Notes under the pieces: model-generated
Databases searched by the model: none
The model's input: only the letters and a program-made list of their open reading frames with translations
What the model was told of the DNA's origin: nothing
Translations under genes and position numbers: made by a program
From: Candidatus Heimdallarchaeota archaeon
GTDB lineage: Archaea > Asgardarchaeota > Heimdallarchaeia > Hodarchaeales > Hodarchaeaceae
Assembly: GCA_048881705.1 (NCBI GenBank)
Contig: JBHLSH010000015.1
Span: 1-54,762 of the forward strand
DNA: 54,762 nucleotides
Direction of reading: 5' to 3'
Shown: piece by piece, positions 8,321-16,754 of the stretch
How the letters are laid out: every line of letters begins with the position of its first letter
Position numbering within the stretch: position 1 is the stretch's first letter

Positions 8321-9550
8321 TTAGAATTTTGCTGATGCAAAAAAGTCCATAATGGCCTCTCCAAGCAATTCAAAGGCAGTTTCAATATTGTTCCCCGTTT
8401 TTGCGCTAGTAGGAAGATAATGTATACGAAACCCTCTATGTTGCCTAGATATCTGTGATAGACGACTAACAAAGATTTGAGCCTTATTGTCCTCCACAGT
8501 CAGCGTTTCACCAGAACGTAAATCAGCCTTATTACCTAAAACGATTATTGGAACAGGCCCCCTACCATTATTCTTCCATAGTTCATTCATCCAGGCAACA
8601 ACATTTTGGAAGGATTCCAAACGAGTTACGTCAAAAACAACAAGGGCCCCGACTGCATTATTATAGTAAGCCTTTCGGACGACATCAAATCGGGGTTGTC
8701 CCGCTAAATCCCAGATGACAAATTTGATTTGTTTTCCCCCCGGATATATTGTTGATGAACTCTTAGTGGCCAAATCTGCCCCAATGGTCATTTGGTAGTC
8801 TTCTTGGAATCCCTCGCCAAGATATTGTCGCCTAATTGATGTTTTGCCGACAGCTCCATCTCCTGCCAAGACGATCTTGACTGCATAATGCTCTCGAACA
8901 AAGGATGCTTTTGTAGCTTCAATTATTCGATCGACGGCCTCACGAAACGGAGGACTCGACTCTGGTGTTTGATTCGGATACTCCCGGATAAGGTGACTCA
9001 GATCAACCGCGAGAGCTCCAACTTGATCTCGTTGAACCCCCCTCGAAGTTACAACTGCAATGATGTAGGCATCTTCTACCACGAAAAACTGAATGGTCTG
9101 GCTTTCCAAAGCCAGAACCTCGAGTAGTTCTCCCAGCTTATATTGAACGTAGTTTTTGATGGTATTGAGAATGAACGAGAGAGAAGTTTCAAGATCCTTG
9201 GACTCGGCCAAGCGATATGTAAAGAGAGGGTAGCCGCTCTTTCGGAAGCAGGAGATTAAGAAAATATCCTCGGTCTGTGCGGGTCGCTTTTCTAAGCCAA
9301 AACGGAGAAAATCATCTGAATCTTTGGATTCTAAAGAATAGGCTTGCTCAAGTATGCTCATATAATCAGTTTTACCTGATAGGGCTTCTTCAAGATCGCC
9401 TTTTACTTTAAGATGAAATTCTTCAATATCCTTTGCAGCCGCATTGTCTGTCAACTTTGCTGCTAGATCAGTATAATCTATGTCCCGTTTTTGCGGCTGA
9501 ATCGATTTTTCTTCGGATTCACCTTGAGGAGAAGAATTTTCGTTAGCCAT
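8321..9550 (-). CDS. Longin(-like) domain + Rab-like small GTPase fusion
   Basis: G1 GDGAVGKT, G2 TIGAD, G3 WDLAGQ, G4 NKAD, G5 SAK, preceded by a longin/roadblock-type alpha/beta domain (IFLISCFRKSGYPLFTY...IQFFVVEDAYIIAVV). Start set to ATG 9550 (MANENS) because the longer ORF overlaps the divergent gene. Confidence 0.88.
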   Translation of the reverse strand: MANENSSPQGESEEKSIQPQKRDIDYTDLAAKLTDNAAAKDIEEFHLKVKGDLEEALSGKTDYMSILEQAYSLESKDSDDFLRFGLEKRPAQTEDIFLISCFRKSGYPLFTYRLAESKDLETSLSFILNTIKNYVQYKLGELLEVLALESQTIQFFVVEDAYIIAVVTSRGVQRDQVGALAVDLSHLIREYPNQTPESSPPFREAVDRIIEATKASFVREHYAVKIVLAGDGAVGKTSIRRQYLGEGFQEDYQMTIGADLATKSSSTIYPGGKQIKFVIWDLAGQPRFDVVRKAYYNNAVGALVVFDVTRLESFQNVVAWMNELWKNNGRGPVPIIVLGNKADLRSGETLTVEDNKAQIFVSRLSQISRQHRGFRIHYLPTSAKTGNNIETAFELLGEAIMDFFASAKF

Positions 9551-9742
9551 TGGATGAATGGGCTCCGAATGGTATCTGGATAACGATATAATTACAGAAA
9601 AGGAATAATTACATCCTCTCTGGAAAAACCCTTGTCTTAAAAACCTTAAAAGGGTTTGTTTAAAAAATGCAAAAAACGATATTAAACGGCATTCAGTGAG
9701 TAGCGAAACGCTTTGTATAAGCGGCCATTCTGAGGTAACTTC

Positions 9743-10498
9743 ATGTCCGAGGCCGAGTCGATCGTTTGCCCAAATTGTGGAGAGCGAAGTCCCGCAGGGT
9801 ATGTACTCTGTCCGTACTGTGGATTTGATCTCACGAAAATTGTACGAGAAGCTCATCGCGTTCGAGTCACGTTTCGAGAACGGTTTAGCCGGATCTGGCG
9901 AAGTTTTTCTGATCCTAGGCTGAGCGAAACCCTGTTCACAGAGATTGGAGTCAATCCTGATCGTCTTGGCGCGATTATGGTTCTGTATCTTGTTTCGGCA
10001 GCTTATGCCCTACGGATGGGAGCCTTTGTCATCAAGGCAAGCACCCCAGGTTGGCATGATTTAGCTCTTTGGTTTTTTATTATTGGCCCATGGATTGTCG
10101 GTCTTGGATTCATCGCCTTTGCGTTATTTGGCTGGGTGGTAAGTGGTATTGTCGTCTGGTTAAGTGCAAAAACACTAGGTGGAAAAGCCAGTTTAAGAGA
10201 TACAATGGGTATTGTTGGATATTCCTTTGGTCCACTGATTCCGGCATCCTTTTTAGTAAGTCTATTAATCATAATCCTAGGAACAGGAGCTCCTTTAGGT
10301 TCTCCCATAACTTCAATATCACCCTTAACTAGCGAAAATTATGTCATTTTTGAATATCTCTATATCCCCTTTTTTGGATGGACAGCGTACCACTGTGGGA
10401 ACGGCATCCGTGCCGCTCACTTACTCAGTAATCTGTACAGTTATGCCATTAGCGGACTTGTTACTGCTGTCTATGTGATTCTATATTTTTTCCTCTAA
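9743..10498 (+). CDS. Zinc-ribbon + Yip1-domain multi-pass membrane protein
   Basis: CPNC-x10-CPYC ribbon; about 5 TM segments with LSAKTLGGKASLRDTMGIVGYSFGP, a Yip1/DUF1282 signature. Confidence 0.75.
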   Translation: MSEAESIVCPNCGERSPAGYVLCPYCGFDLTKIVREAHRVRVTFRERFSRIWRSFSDPRLSETLFTEIGVNPDRLGAIMVLYLVSAAYALRMGAFVIKASTPGWHDLALWFFIIGPWIVGLGFIAFALFGWVVSGIVVWLSAKTLGGKASLRDTMGIVGYSFGPLIPASFLVSLLIIILGTGAPLGSPITSISPLTSENYVIFEYLYIPFFGWTAYHCGNGIRAAHLLSNLYSYAISGLVTAVYVILYFFL

Positions 10499-10511
10499 CA
10501 ATTTTGACCGG

Positions 10512-11510
10512 CTAATCTAATTGTATTGTGAACTTTAGCGGGATTGTTAAGACCGGATCGATTACTCGAAAAGTATCTCCCGATTTGAAAACCTCTCCAA
10601 TAAGGGTGTCAGATATAGGGAGCGTAGATGTTTGAATCATAATCGCGCTTTTGTCCCCTAAATTGAATGCATAGCGAAGCTGCTGGATGAATTCCTTGAG
10701 CGTTTGGTTTTTAGGGCTACGAACTCGTATTTTTTCTAGTTGGAACCGAGTAGAACAGATAAAACAATCTTCTCTTCGTTTGAGTGGTACGCTAGTAAAA
10801 GCTCCAGCACGGCCATCCCAGAAAAAGTAGGCTTCCATTGGAGGAATTCCAAGTATTACTTTTAGCGCCTCCTGAGCCATTAATCCACCAATGACAAATG
10901 AGACACTAGATACGGAGGGGACGTCTTCTTCTATCTCTTCATCTGGACGGGATATCTTTCGTTCGGTTCCAAATGGTGTGCATGCCTTTTGTAGCTCTTC
11001 CTCGGGAATTAATGATTGACAATCCAAGCATGCCGTTTGAAAAGGGATAATAACCTGAACATTACCAAGGAATCCATAGATACCCCCCGATACGAGGGGG
11101 ATTTTTGCGGATATGGCAAAAGCGTTAATCCACCTTCTTGAAGCAAAGGTATCCAGCCCTTCAATAAGAACTGTAGATGATCGCAACTCTTGCTTTGGGA
11201 TTTCTTCAACTGGGTGATTAAAAGTATCGACTTGGATTTCACGATTCAAATTTCGGATTGCATCGGCTGCGACTGTGACTTTTGGTTTACCCACATCAGC
11301 GGGGTTGAATAGTAATTGACGATTCAAGTTACTGATTTCCACCGTATCATAATCAATTAGTTTGAGGTGACCAACTCCAGCCAGGGCGAGTGATGTCGCG
11401 ATAACACTTCCAAGGGCCCCTAGACCAACTATAGAAGCAGTACTTCCCCGAATTTTGTCTTGATCCCAATCTTTAATAAGAGTTTGCCGGAGATAGCGGT
11501 CTTTACTCAT
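10512..11510 (-). CDS. Ubiquitin-activating enzyme E1-like (ThiF/MoeB fold + putative C-terminal UFD)
   Basis: VGLGALG, DTVEISNLNRQ, CLDC/CFIC Zn pairs, candidate catalytic Cys in ACTP; co-oriented with ubiquitin. Start ATG 11510 (MSKDRY). Confidence 0.9.
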   Translation of the reverse strand: MSKDRYLRQTLIKDWDQDKIRGSTASIVGLGALGSVIATSLALAGVGHLKLIDYDTVEISNLNRQLLFNPADVGKPKVTVAADAIRNLNREIQVDTFNHPVEEIPKQELRSSTVLIEGLDTFASRRWINAFAISAKIPLVSGGIYGFLGNVQVIIPFQTACLDCQSLIPEEELQKACTPFGTERKISRPDEEIEEDVPSVSSVSFVIGGLMAQEALKVILGIPPMEAYFFWDGRAGAFTSVPLKRREDCFICSTRFQLEKIRVRSPKNQTLKEFIQQLRYAFNLGDKSAIMIQTSTLPISDTLIGEVFKSGDTFRVIDPVLTIPLKFTIQLD

Positions 11511-11640
11511 AGATACAACCCTATGAGGATTCTTTCCATTCAAATCGTAAAGATTGTGTAATGAAAAGGATCATTGTAGGTTGTTATATGTGATGATGTC
11601 CTTTGGTTTTTCTAAGGAAATCAGATGGAGAGGGTGAAAT

Positions 11641-11883
11641 CTAGTCATCTACTCCCCCTGTGGTACGAGTAATCATATAAAGTTTATCATGATCTTCTAT
11701 ACCCACCGATTTTAATGTTTCCCCTTCATCCAGTTGTTTACCTTGAAAAACCAAGATGACAGACCTAGGTGGAATTTTCTTTTGCGTAGCTACCCGGTTT
11801 TTGATGGTAGCAATGCTATCAGACTTTTCACATTCAATGAGGATTGCTCCTCCACCGATGGCTGATACTATTTGAAGCTCCAT
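11641..11883 (-). CDS. Ubiquitin (pro-form: GG followed by VDD)
   Basis: IATIKNRV, LVFQGKQLDEGETL (cf. LIFAGKQLEDGRTL), C-terminal RTTGG-VDD. Confidence 0.93.
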   Translation of the reverse strand: MELQIVSAIGGGAILIECEKSDSIATIKNRVATQKKIPPRSVILVFQGKQLDEGETLKSVGIEDHDKLYMITRTTGGVDD

Positions 11884-11901
11884 TTCGAACCAAACCTTTC
11901 T

Positions 11902-11946
11902 ACCGGAAACTCCGGTTTATCCTATGAAAGCCAATGGCTTTCTAGG
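11902..11946. promoter_or_regulatory. Two inverted repeats between a TATA-like element and the ubiquitin start
   Basis: accgga-aac-tccggt (11902-11916) and ccta(t)gaaagcca-a-tggctttctagg (11921-11946); ttttaaaaag at 11947-11956. Confidence 0.45.
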
Positions 11947-12100
11947 TTTTAAAAAGTTAGGTTTTTGGAACATCTTCTTTACCGAGTATAGATCCTCAGA
12001 GAAATAGAAGTCATCTGGATATGAAAATGGGTTCAGGAGGCGAATGAACGAAAAGATCTTGGATAATTACCACAAGCTTCATTATTAGAGTTTTTAGCTG

Positions 12101-12889
12101 CTAATCATTGCTGTTTTCCAAGAAAGTGATTCCGTGATTAGTTATTTCGAAACTTAAGGTTTTTCGAGTGTGATTTGTTCCTCTCATCTTGGTAATACGG
12201 AGTATTCTCAACATTTCTCCCCGAACGGAAAGCATGTCAAGGTGTATTATTGAATCTGCGATATATTCTTCCCCAAAAAGAGTTTTTTCGCCCCCATTTG
12301 AGAGTTCAGAGATGGCCACCGTAGTTACATTTAACGCTGCAATGTTTGTCAGAAATCCTGTTGTAAGCTTTCGTAAGAATCCCAAATCGTTTCCAAAATC
12401 GTAGAACCTGAAGGCAGCCAGCGGATCAATCACTATACGCTCTATTTTCTTCTCTTCAACTACTTGACTAATGCTATAGAATACTTTGTGCAAAAACGTG
12501 GGAAGCGAGGTTTCATCATACGGTACGCCTTCTGTCTCAAGAATCATTTCGGATTCTTCCGCAAATGTTAAACTATCTGGGTCCCACAGTTCCCAGCCGC
12601 TCGGAGTAAAATCAAGTATTACAACCTTTTCGGGCTCCACAAAGTGAGTCTGGTCGAAAAAGGTAAAATTAGAGGCATCTCTTCGAATTGCAAACGGTCC
12701 TTCCTGCATCGCAACCAGAAGCCCATTTTCTTGAAGTCTTGCGCCCTCGGCCAGAAACTGAAGCCCAAAAATTGTCTTGCCTGCCCCTGCAGGACCCAGA
12801 ACCAGATTTGTTGAACCTTTGACAAATCCCCCTTCACACATTGCGTCAAGGTGAGGAACACCTGTGGTAACTCGAGTCTTCTCATACAC
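12101..12889 (-). CDS. Single-domain KaiC/RAD55-family ATPase
   Basis: RVTTGVPHLD, GPAGAGKT, IVIDPL, EEYIADSII, ITKMRGT. Confidence 0.9.
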   Translation of the reverse strand: MYEKTRVTTGVPHLDAMCEGGFVKGSTNLVLGPAGAGKTIFGLQFLAEGARLQENGLLVAMQEGPFAIRRDASNFTFFDQTHFVEPEKVVILDFTPSGWELWDPDSLTFAEESEMILETEGVPYDETSLPTFLHKVFYSISQVVEEKKIERIVIDPLAAFRFYDFGNDLGFLRKLTTGFLTNIAALNVTTVAISELSNGGEKTLFGEEYIADSIIHLDMLSVRGEMLRILRITKMRGTNHTRKTLSFEITNHGITFLENSND

Positions 12890-13025
12890 GCAGTTCGGCC
12901 CTCCATATCACTCGGAAAAGAGTATTAAATGTTCCAGAGACTATGAAAATATTCTTGTGCACCATAAATCCCACACTAAGCTTGGATTTTGATTTTTCTG
13001 ATAAGAGACTAGGAAAGGGAGAGCA

Positions 13026-13601
13026 TCAAATCTGGATCCCTCGAGGTTTGGTAAGTAACTCACGATTCGCTTGCATCTGCTGAATGAGATGATGAAAAGC
13101 CAGTTCTATATTCTCACCACTCCGAATACCTCCAGGATCGGAGGCAACGGTTCCAAAAATCGAGTATTCGTAACGTCCTTCAAGGATGGGTGCAAACATA
13201 TTTTTTCCCAAAAATTCTGGAGATAGCGCCGAGGGAAGATCCTGTTTATTGGCGATAACGAGTATTGGAGTTCGCTTTGAGCTCAGTTCCAATGCATCAG
13301 CCAGCCACTGCTCATCACGGGCGAAATCTCGTTTGGAACTGTCGACCACAAAGACTAAACCGTCGGCCCTCCGCACAAACTGCTCATGATAACGCATGTC
13401 CAGAAACCGCCTTTGACCTCCCACATCGATCAATCCTAGCACCACGTTGTTCATGACTACATGGGATACGCCAAAAGCAATAGTTGGTGTCACACGAGGC
13501 GGTGGAAACCCGTGTTCTAGGTAAAACGCGATACTCGTCTTCCCCACATTGCTCATACCTAACAAAACGACCTGATAGACGTCCTTTGAAAGTTCCTGCA
13601 A
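13026..13601 (-). CDS. Arf-like small GTPase
   Basis: GMSNVGKT, TPTIAF, DVGGQ, FVVDSS, ANKQDL (Arf-type motifs); TTG start uncertain. Confidence 0.85.
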   Translation of the reverse strand: MQELSKDVYQVVLLGMSNVGKTSIAFYLEHGFPPPRVTPTIAFGVSHVVMNNVVLGLIDVGGQRRFLDMRYHEQFVRRADGLVFVVDSSKRDFARDEQWLADALELSSKRTPILVIANKQDLPSALSPEFLGKNMFAPILEGRYEYSIFGTVASDPGGIRSGENIELAFHHLIQQMQANRELLTKPRGIQI

Positions 13602-13997
13602 TAAGAACGTATCCTTTCTTATCCTTTCGGTTTCTGGCTTTTTCTGAATGTCCCTGTTTTCAAGTACATATCCCTATGGCTGATAAATTACTTATACGTT
13701 TATAAAAGGTTAATTTACTAAGGATTTTCAGATAAATAACCATATATGTCACAATTATTGACAGTACTTTCAGATCTTTGTATTAATAAAATCATCCAAA
13801 TCGCTAGTTGGAAGCTCGAAATCACTCGTTGAAATTTCAATAGCTTCGGCCCCATGAAGGAAGTCCTCTATTTAGGGTCTACTTTTCAATGAATTCTATG
13901 GCTAAAAAGTACACTTAGATGACTAATATGGATTTCAATGATTAGGGAAAGTATAAGTTGCAGGTGTTTGTGAACAGATAATGGAAGGGCCCACCCT

Positions 13998-14405
13998 ATG
14001 GTAGAACGGCAACAACGTAGACCAGCTTCTCAAAAAATACGAGAAATTGAAGTTGAAGGTCTAAAAACCCCTAAGGGTACGATTCCAACGATGCGAGGTC
14101 TTGAGACGGCTATCAATTATGTATACACTGAAATTACTGGATTAAATACCCAAATTAGCCTGATTAACACTAACCTGAACAAGCTTGGTCAATCGATAGA
14201 TTCTTTTCATGAAAAGCTAGCGTACTTGAGTGAAGCCCTTTCCAAATTGGTCGTACAAATCGCCCAAAACGAAACAAAATACCAGGGGCAGCAGGATCTC
14301 CTTAAAAACCATCAGGTCGTAGAACGCGCAGATCTTCTTGCCCTCAAAGAAGAACTTGCGAAAATTCTAAACCGTCTTGACCAGGTGACTGAGAATGAGT
14401 CCTAA
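13998..14405 (+). CDS. Coiled-coil protein of unknown function
   Basis: Long heptad-repeat helix from about residue 35 onward; stop overlaps the RING gene start. Confidence 0.7.
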   Translation: MVERQQRRPASQKIREIEVEGLKTPKGTIPTMRGLETAINYVYTEITGLNTQISLINTNLNKLGQSIDSFHEKLAYLSEALSKLVVQIAQNETKYQGQQDLLKNHQVVERADLLALKEELAKILNRLDQVTENES

Positions 14406-14733
14406 TCCTGAAGAAAACACACCATTCATCCGTTTGAAGAGCAAAATTATTAGTGAGGGTCCTCTTAGATCGACGATATCCGTTCCGATGAACCATTTCC
14501 CATCCCCTTCTGAGGTTTCCTCCCTCAAAGTTCAATCTAAATTACTAAATGAGTGGAACCCATATGGTGAGCCCGAGACTTGTATGATATGTTGGAAACC
14601 ATTGGATCTCCTCGGTAAAGATGCCCGATCCTTCATGGAATGCCGTCACTGTCATCGGAAAGCTCATCAGCAGCACATGCTAAGGTGGCTTTCCCGAAAG
14701 AATCACTGTCCATATTGTCAGAATAAGTGGTAA
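14395..14733 (+). CDS. Small RING-variant E3 ubiquitin ligase
   Basis: C-x2-C-x16-C-x2-C-x4-H-x2-H-x3-W-x6-C-P-x-C, with the E2-contacting Trp and Pro of RING fingers. Confidence 0.82.
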   Translation: MSPNPEENTPFIRLKSKIISEGPLRSTISVPMNHFPSPSEVSSLKVQSKLLNEWNPYGEPETCMICWKPLDLLGKDARSFMECRHCHRKAHQQHMLRWLSRKNHCPYCQNKW

Positions 14734-14764
14734 CTTTCAATATGCTCTTATTACTCTTTTCAGA

Positions 14765-15247
14765 ATGATGAAAACGGATCTGGAATCTGGAGTGCGTTCT
14801 ATAGACCTAAATTCTATTCCTGAAGTATTGCGTCACTTAATGTTCCAGATTAACCGTTTAATGGATGAAAATAGTATCGACCGGTCCCAAACCCATCCTC
14901 CTAAGTTACGTCAGCGTGCAAACAACATTGTGGTAATGTGGAACATATTTCTAGAACAAAAAAGCAGCCTTAACAATCTGATGGCGAAGATAGATCAATC
15001 GATAGAAACAATCTTATCTCAAATTAGAGGAGAAGTCATTAAGTTTAACGTAGATTCGGGTACAATCAAGGACATGGGAACCCAGGAATTCAGAGTCATT
15101 AGGGGAAAAATATGGAATGTATACTTTTACGAGCCAGAAGATTTTTTGTCCGTCCGTTTAGTTCATGAGGAAACCTTGCACGATCAGGAACAGTGGATAT
15201 CAGTAGATATCGACCTAGTTACGAATTCGGCCTGGTTTGTAGACTAA
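14765..15247 (+). CDS. Hypothetical protein
   Basis: 160-aa ORF co-oriented after the RING gene; no recognisable motif. Confidence 0.65.
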   Translation: MMKTDLESGVRSIDLNSIPEVLRHLMFQINRLMDENSIDRSQTHPPKLRQRANNIVVMWNIFLEQKSSLNNLMAKIDQSIETILSQIRGEVIKFNVDSGTIKDMGTQEFRVIRGKIWNVYFYEPEDFLSVRLVHEETLHDQEQWISVDIDLVTNSAWFVD

Positions 15248-15328
15248 ATGGCAAATTTCTTTCGGTTACAAGCACTAGAGCTTCTTACGTGGACCTAAAC
15301 TTAATTCTAGGAAACATGCCCAAAAATC

Positions 15329-15556
15329 TCAAGATTTAGAAGGAATATTTGCCAGAGGGTCAGACATCCAATCGTCAAAGCAATGTCGGGCTTCCACATG
15401 AGTGCAAATGTCTTTTTTACATGAAATACAAACGTTTTGAATAAAGTCTATCCATAAAAAATCATTTGACATACGCAATAAGACCGCTGGAGACGTTTTA
15501 GAACGTTGCATTTTCTTCAAAACCCGTTTTTGATGATTGAAAACAATATTTCCCAT
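15329..15556 (-). CDS. Possible small Zn-binding protein (C-x2-C-x4-C-x-H)
   Basis: CISCKKDICTH motif; fills an otherwise empty gap. Confidence 0.3.
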   Translation of the reverse strand: MGNIVFNHQKRVLKKMQRSKTSPAVLLRMSNDFLWIDFIQNVCISCKKDICTHVEARHCFDDWMSDPLANIPSKS

Positions 15557-15677
15557 TGGACTATTTGATTCATGGATTTTTTGAAATATTCTTAAGTGCT
15601 ACGATTTCTTAAAGGCTTAAAGTTAATTAACGATCTTTAATTTGACTCACAGAGTAGAAATTCGGGATAGAGCGAAA

Positions 15678-16754
15678 ATGGAAATTCGTCAAATCATAAC
15701 GCCAAAGGGTTCTATACAATCTACTGAGCCCAATATTCCTAAAAAAGTTCTGGTCAAAATGTTCGAAACCATGATTCTTTTACGGCTTCTAGACGAAAAG
15801 GGAATGAGGCTCCAGCGCCAAGGACGAATAGCTTTCAATATACCCTCTACGGGCCAGGAAGCAACTCAGATTGGCGCAGTTGCCGCATTAAACTCTGATG
15901 ACTGGGTAGTTCCCGCTTACAGAGAACCTGGAATTGCTTTATATCGAGGCTATCCGTTGGAAAAGTTAATTGATCATTGGTTTTGCAATCGGGACGATCC
16001 TCAAAAAGGCCGTCGCCTCCCAGGATTATTTGGCGATCGAGACAATTATTTTTTTGTGAATCCCTCCGCTCCGATTGGAACACAGGTAATTCATGCTGCA
16101 GGCATTGGTTATGCGCAAAAATATCTTAAAGACAATCGGATAAGTATTGTGTTTTTTGGAGATGGAGCCACATCCTCCAATGATTTTCACTCTGGGCTGA
16201 ATTTTGGAGGGGTTTTCAAGACACCAACTATCTTTTTCTGTCAAAACAATCAATGGGCGATTTCTGTTCCACTAGCTCAGCAAACTGCAGCAGCTGCATT
16301 ATCCGAGAAAGCAAGAGGTTATGGAATCCCAGGAGTTCGGGTCGACGGAAATGATGTTTTGGCGGTATATTCAGCGGTATCTGAAGCAGCAAAGCGTGCT
16401 AGAAGTGGAGAAGGGCCGACGTTCATTGAAGGTGTTACATATCGAATTGGTCCTCATACCAGTAGTGATGACCCGACCAGATATCGCCCAAAAGAGGAAC
16501 TGGAACGGTGGGAAAAGCAAGAACCAATTTCAAGGTTTTACAAGTACCTATTTGATAAAGGCCTGGTTAAAAGGGACGCTGAAAAGGGAATCAGGGAAAA
16601 ATATGATACAATTTTGAACGATTTAATCAAGGAAGCGGAATCAAAAGAGATTCCAGATATAGGATCCTTATTTACCGATGTATATGCAGACCAGCCATGG
16701 CACCTCCAAGAACAGTATGAGGAACTCGCATCTATCAAAAGGAGGAAAGATTAA
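15678..16754 (+). CDS. pdhA: 2-oxoacid (pyruvate/branched-chain) dehydrogenase E1 alpha
   Basis: LQRQGRI, GQEA, TPP motif GDGATS-x24-NNQWAIS, YRIGPHTSSDDP. Start ATG 15678 or TTG 15642. Confidence 0.93.
   Translation: MEIRQIITPKGSIQSTEPNIPKKVLVKMFETMILLRLLDEKGMRLQRQGRIAFNIPSTGQEATQIGAVAALNSDDWVVPAYREPGIALYRGYPLEKLIDHWFCNRDDPQKGRRLPGLFGDRDNYFFVNPSAPIGTQVIHAAGIGYAQKYLKDNRISIVFFGDGATSSNDFHSGLNFGGVFKTPTIFFCQNNQWAISVPLAQQTAAAALSEKARGYGIPGVRVDGNDVLAVYSAVSEAAKRARSGEGPTFIEGVTYRIGPHTSSDDPTRYRPKEELERWEKQEPISRFYKYLFDKGLVKRDAEKGIREKYDTILNDLIKEAESKEIPDIGSLFTDVYADQPWHLQEQYEELASIKRRKD

Noticed and set aside
9551-9856. 102-aa N-terminal extension of the Rab-fusion ORF (to 9856)
   Set aside because: It overlaps the divergent Yip1 gene and the AT-rich promoter region and reads as non-protein-like; ATG 9550 is preferred.
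13622-13669. 16-codon ATG micro-ORF (MYLKTGTFRKSQKPKG) overlapping the open frame upstream of the Arf-like gene, as a possible frameshift
   Set aside because: No canonical slippery heptamer and no homology evidence; the TTG start is adequate.
13998-14405. SNARE-like identity of the coiled-coil protein
   Set aside because: No C-terminal TM anchor and no clear zero-layer Q/R heptad register; only a generic coiled coil is supported.
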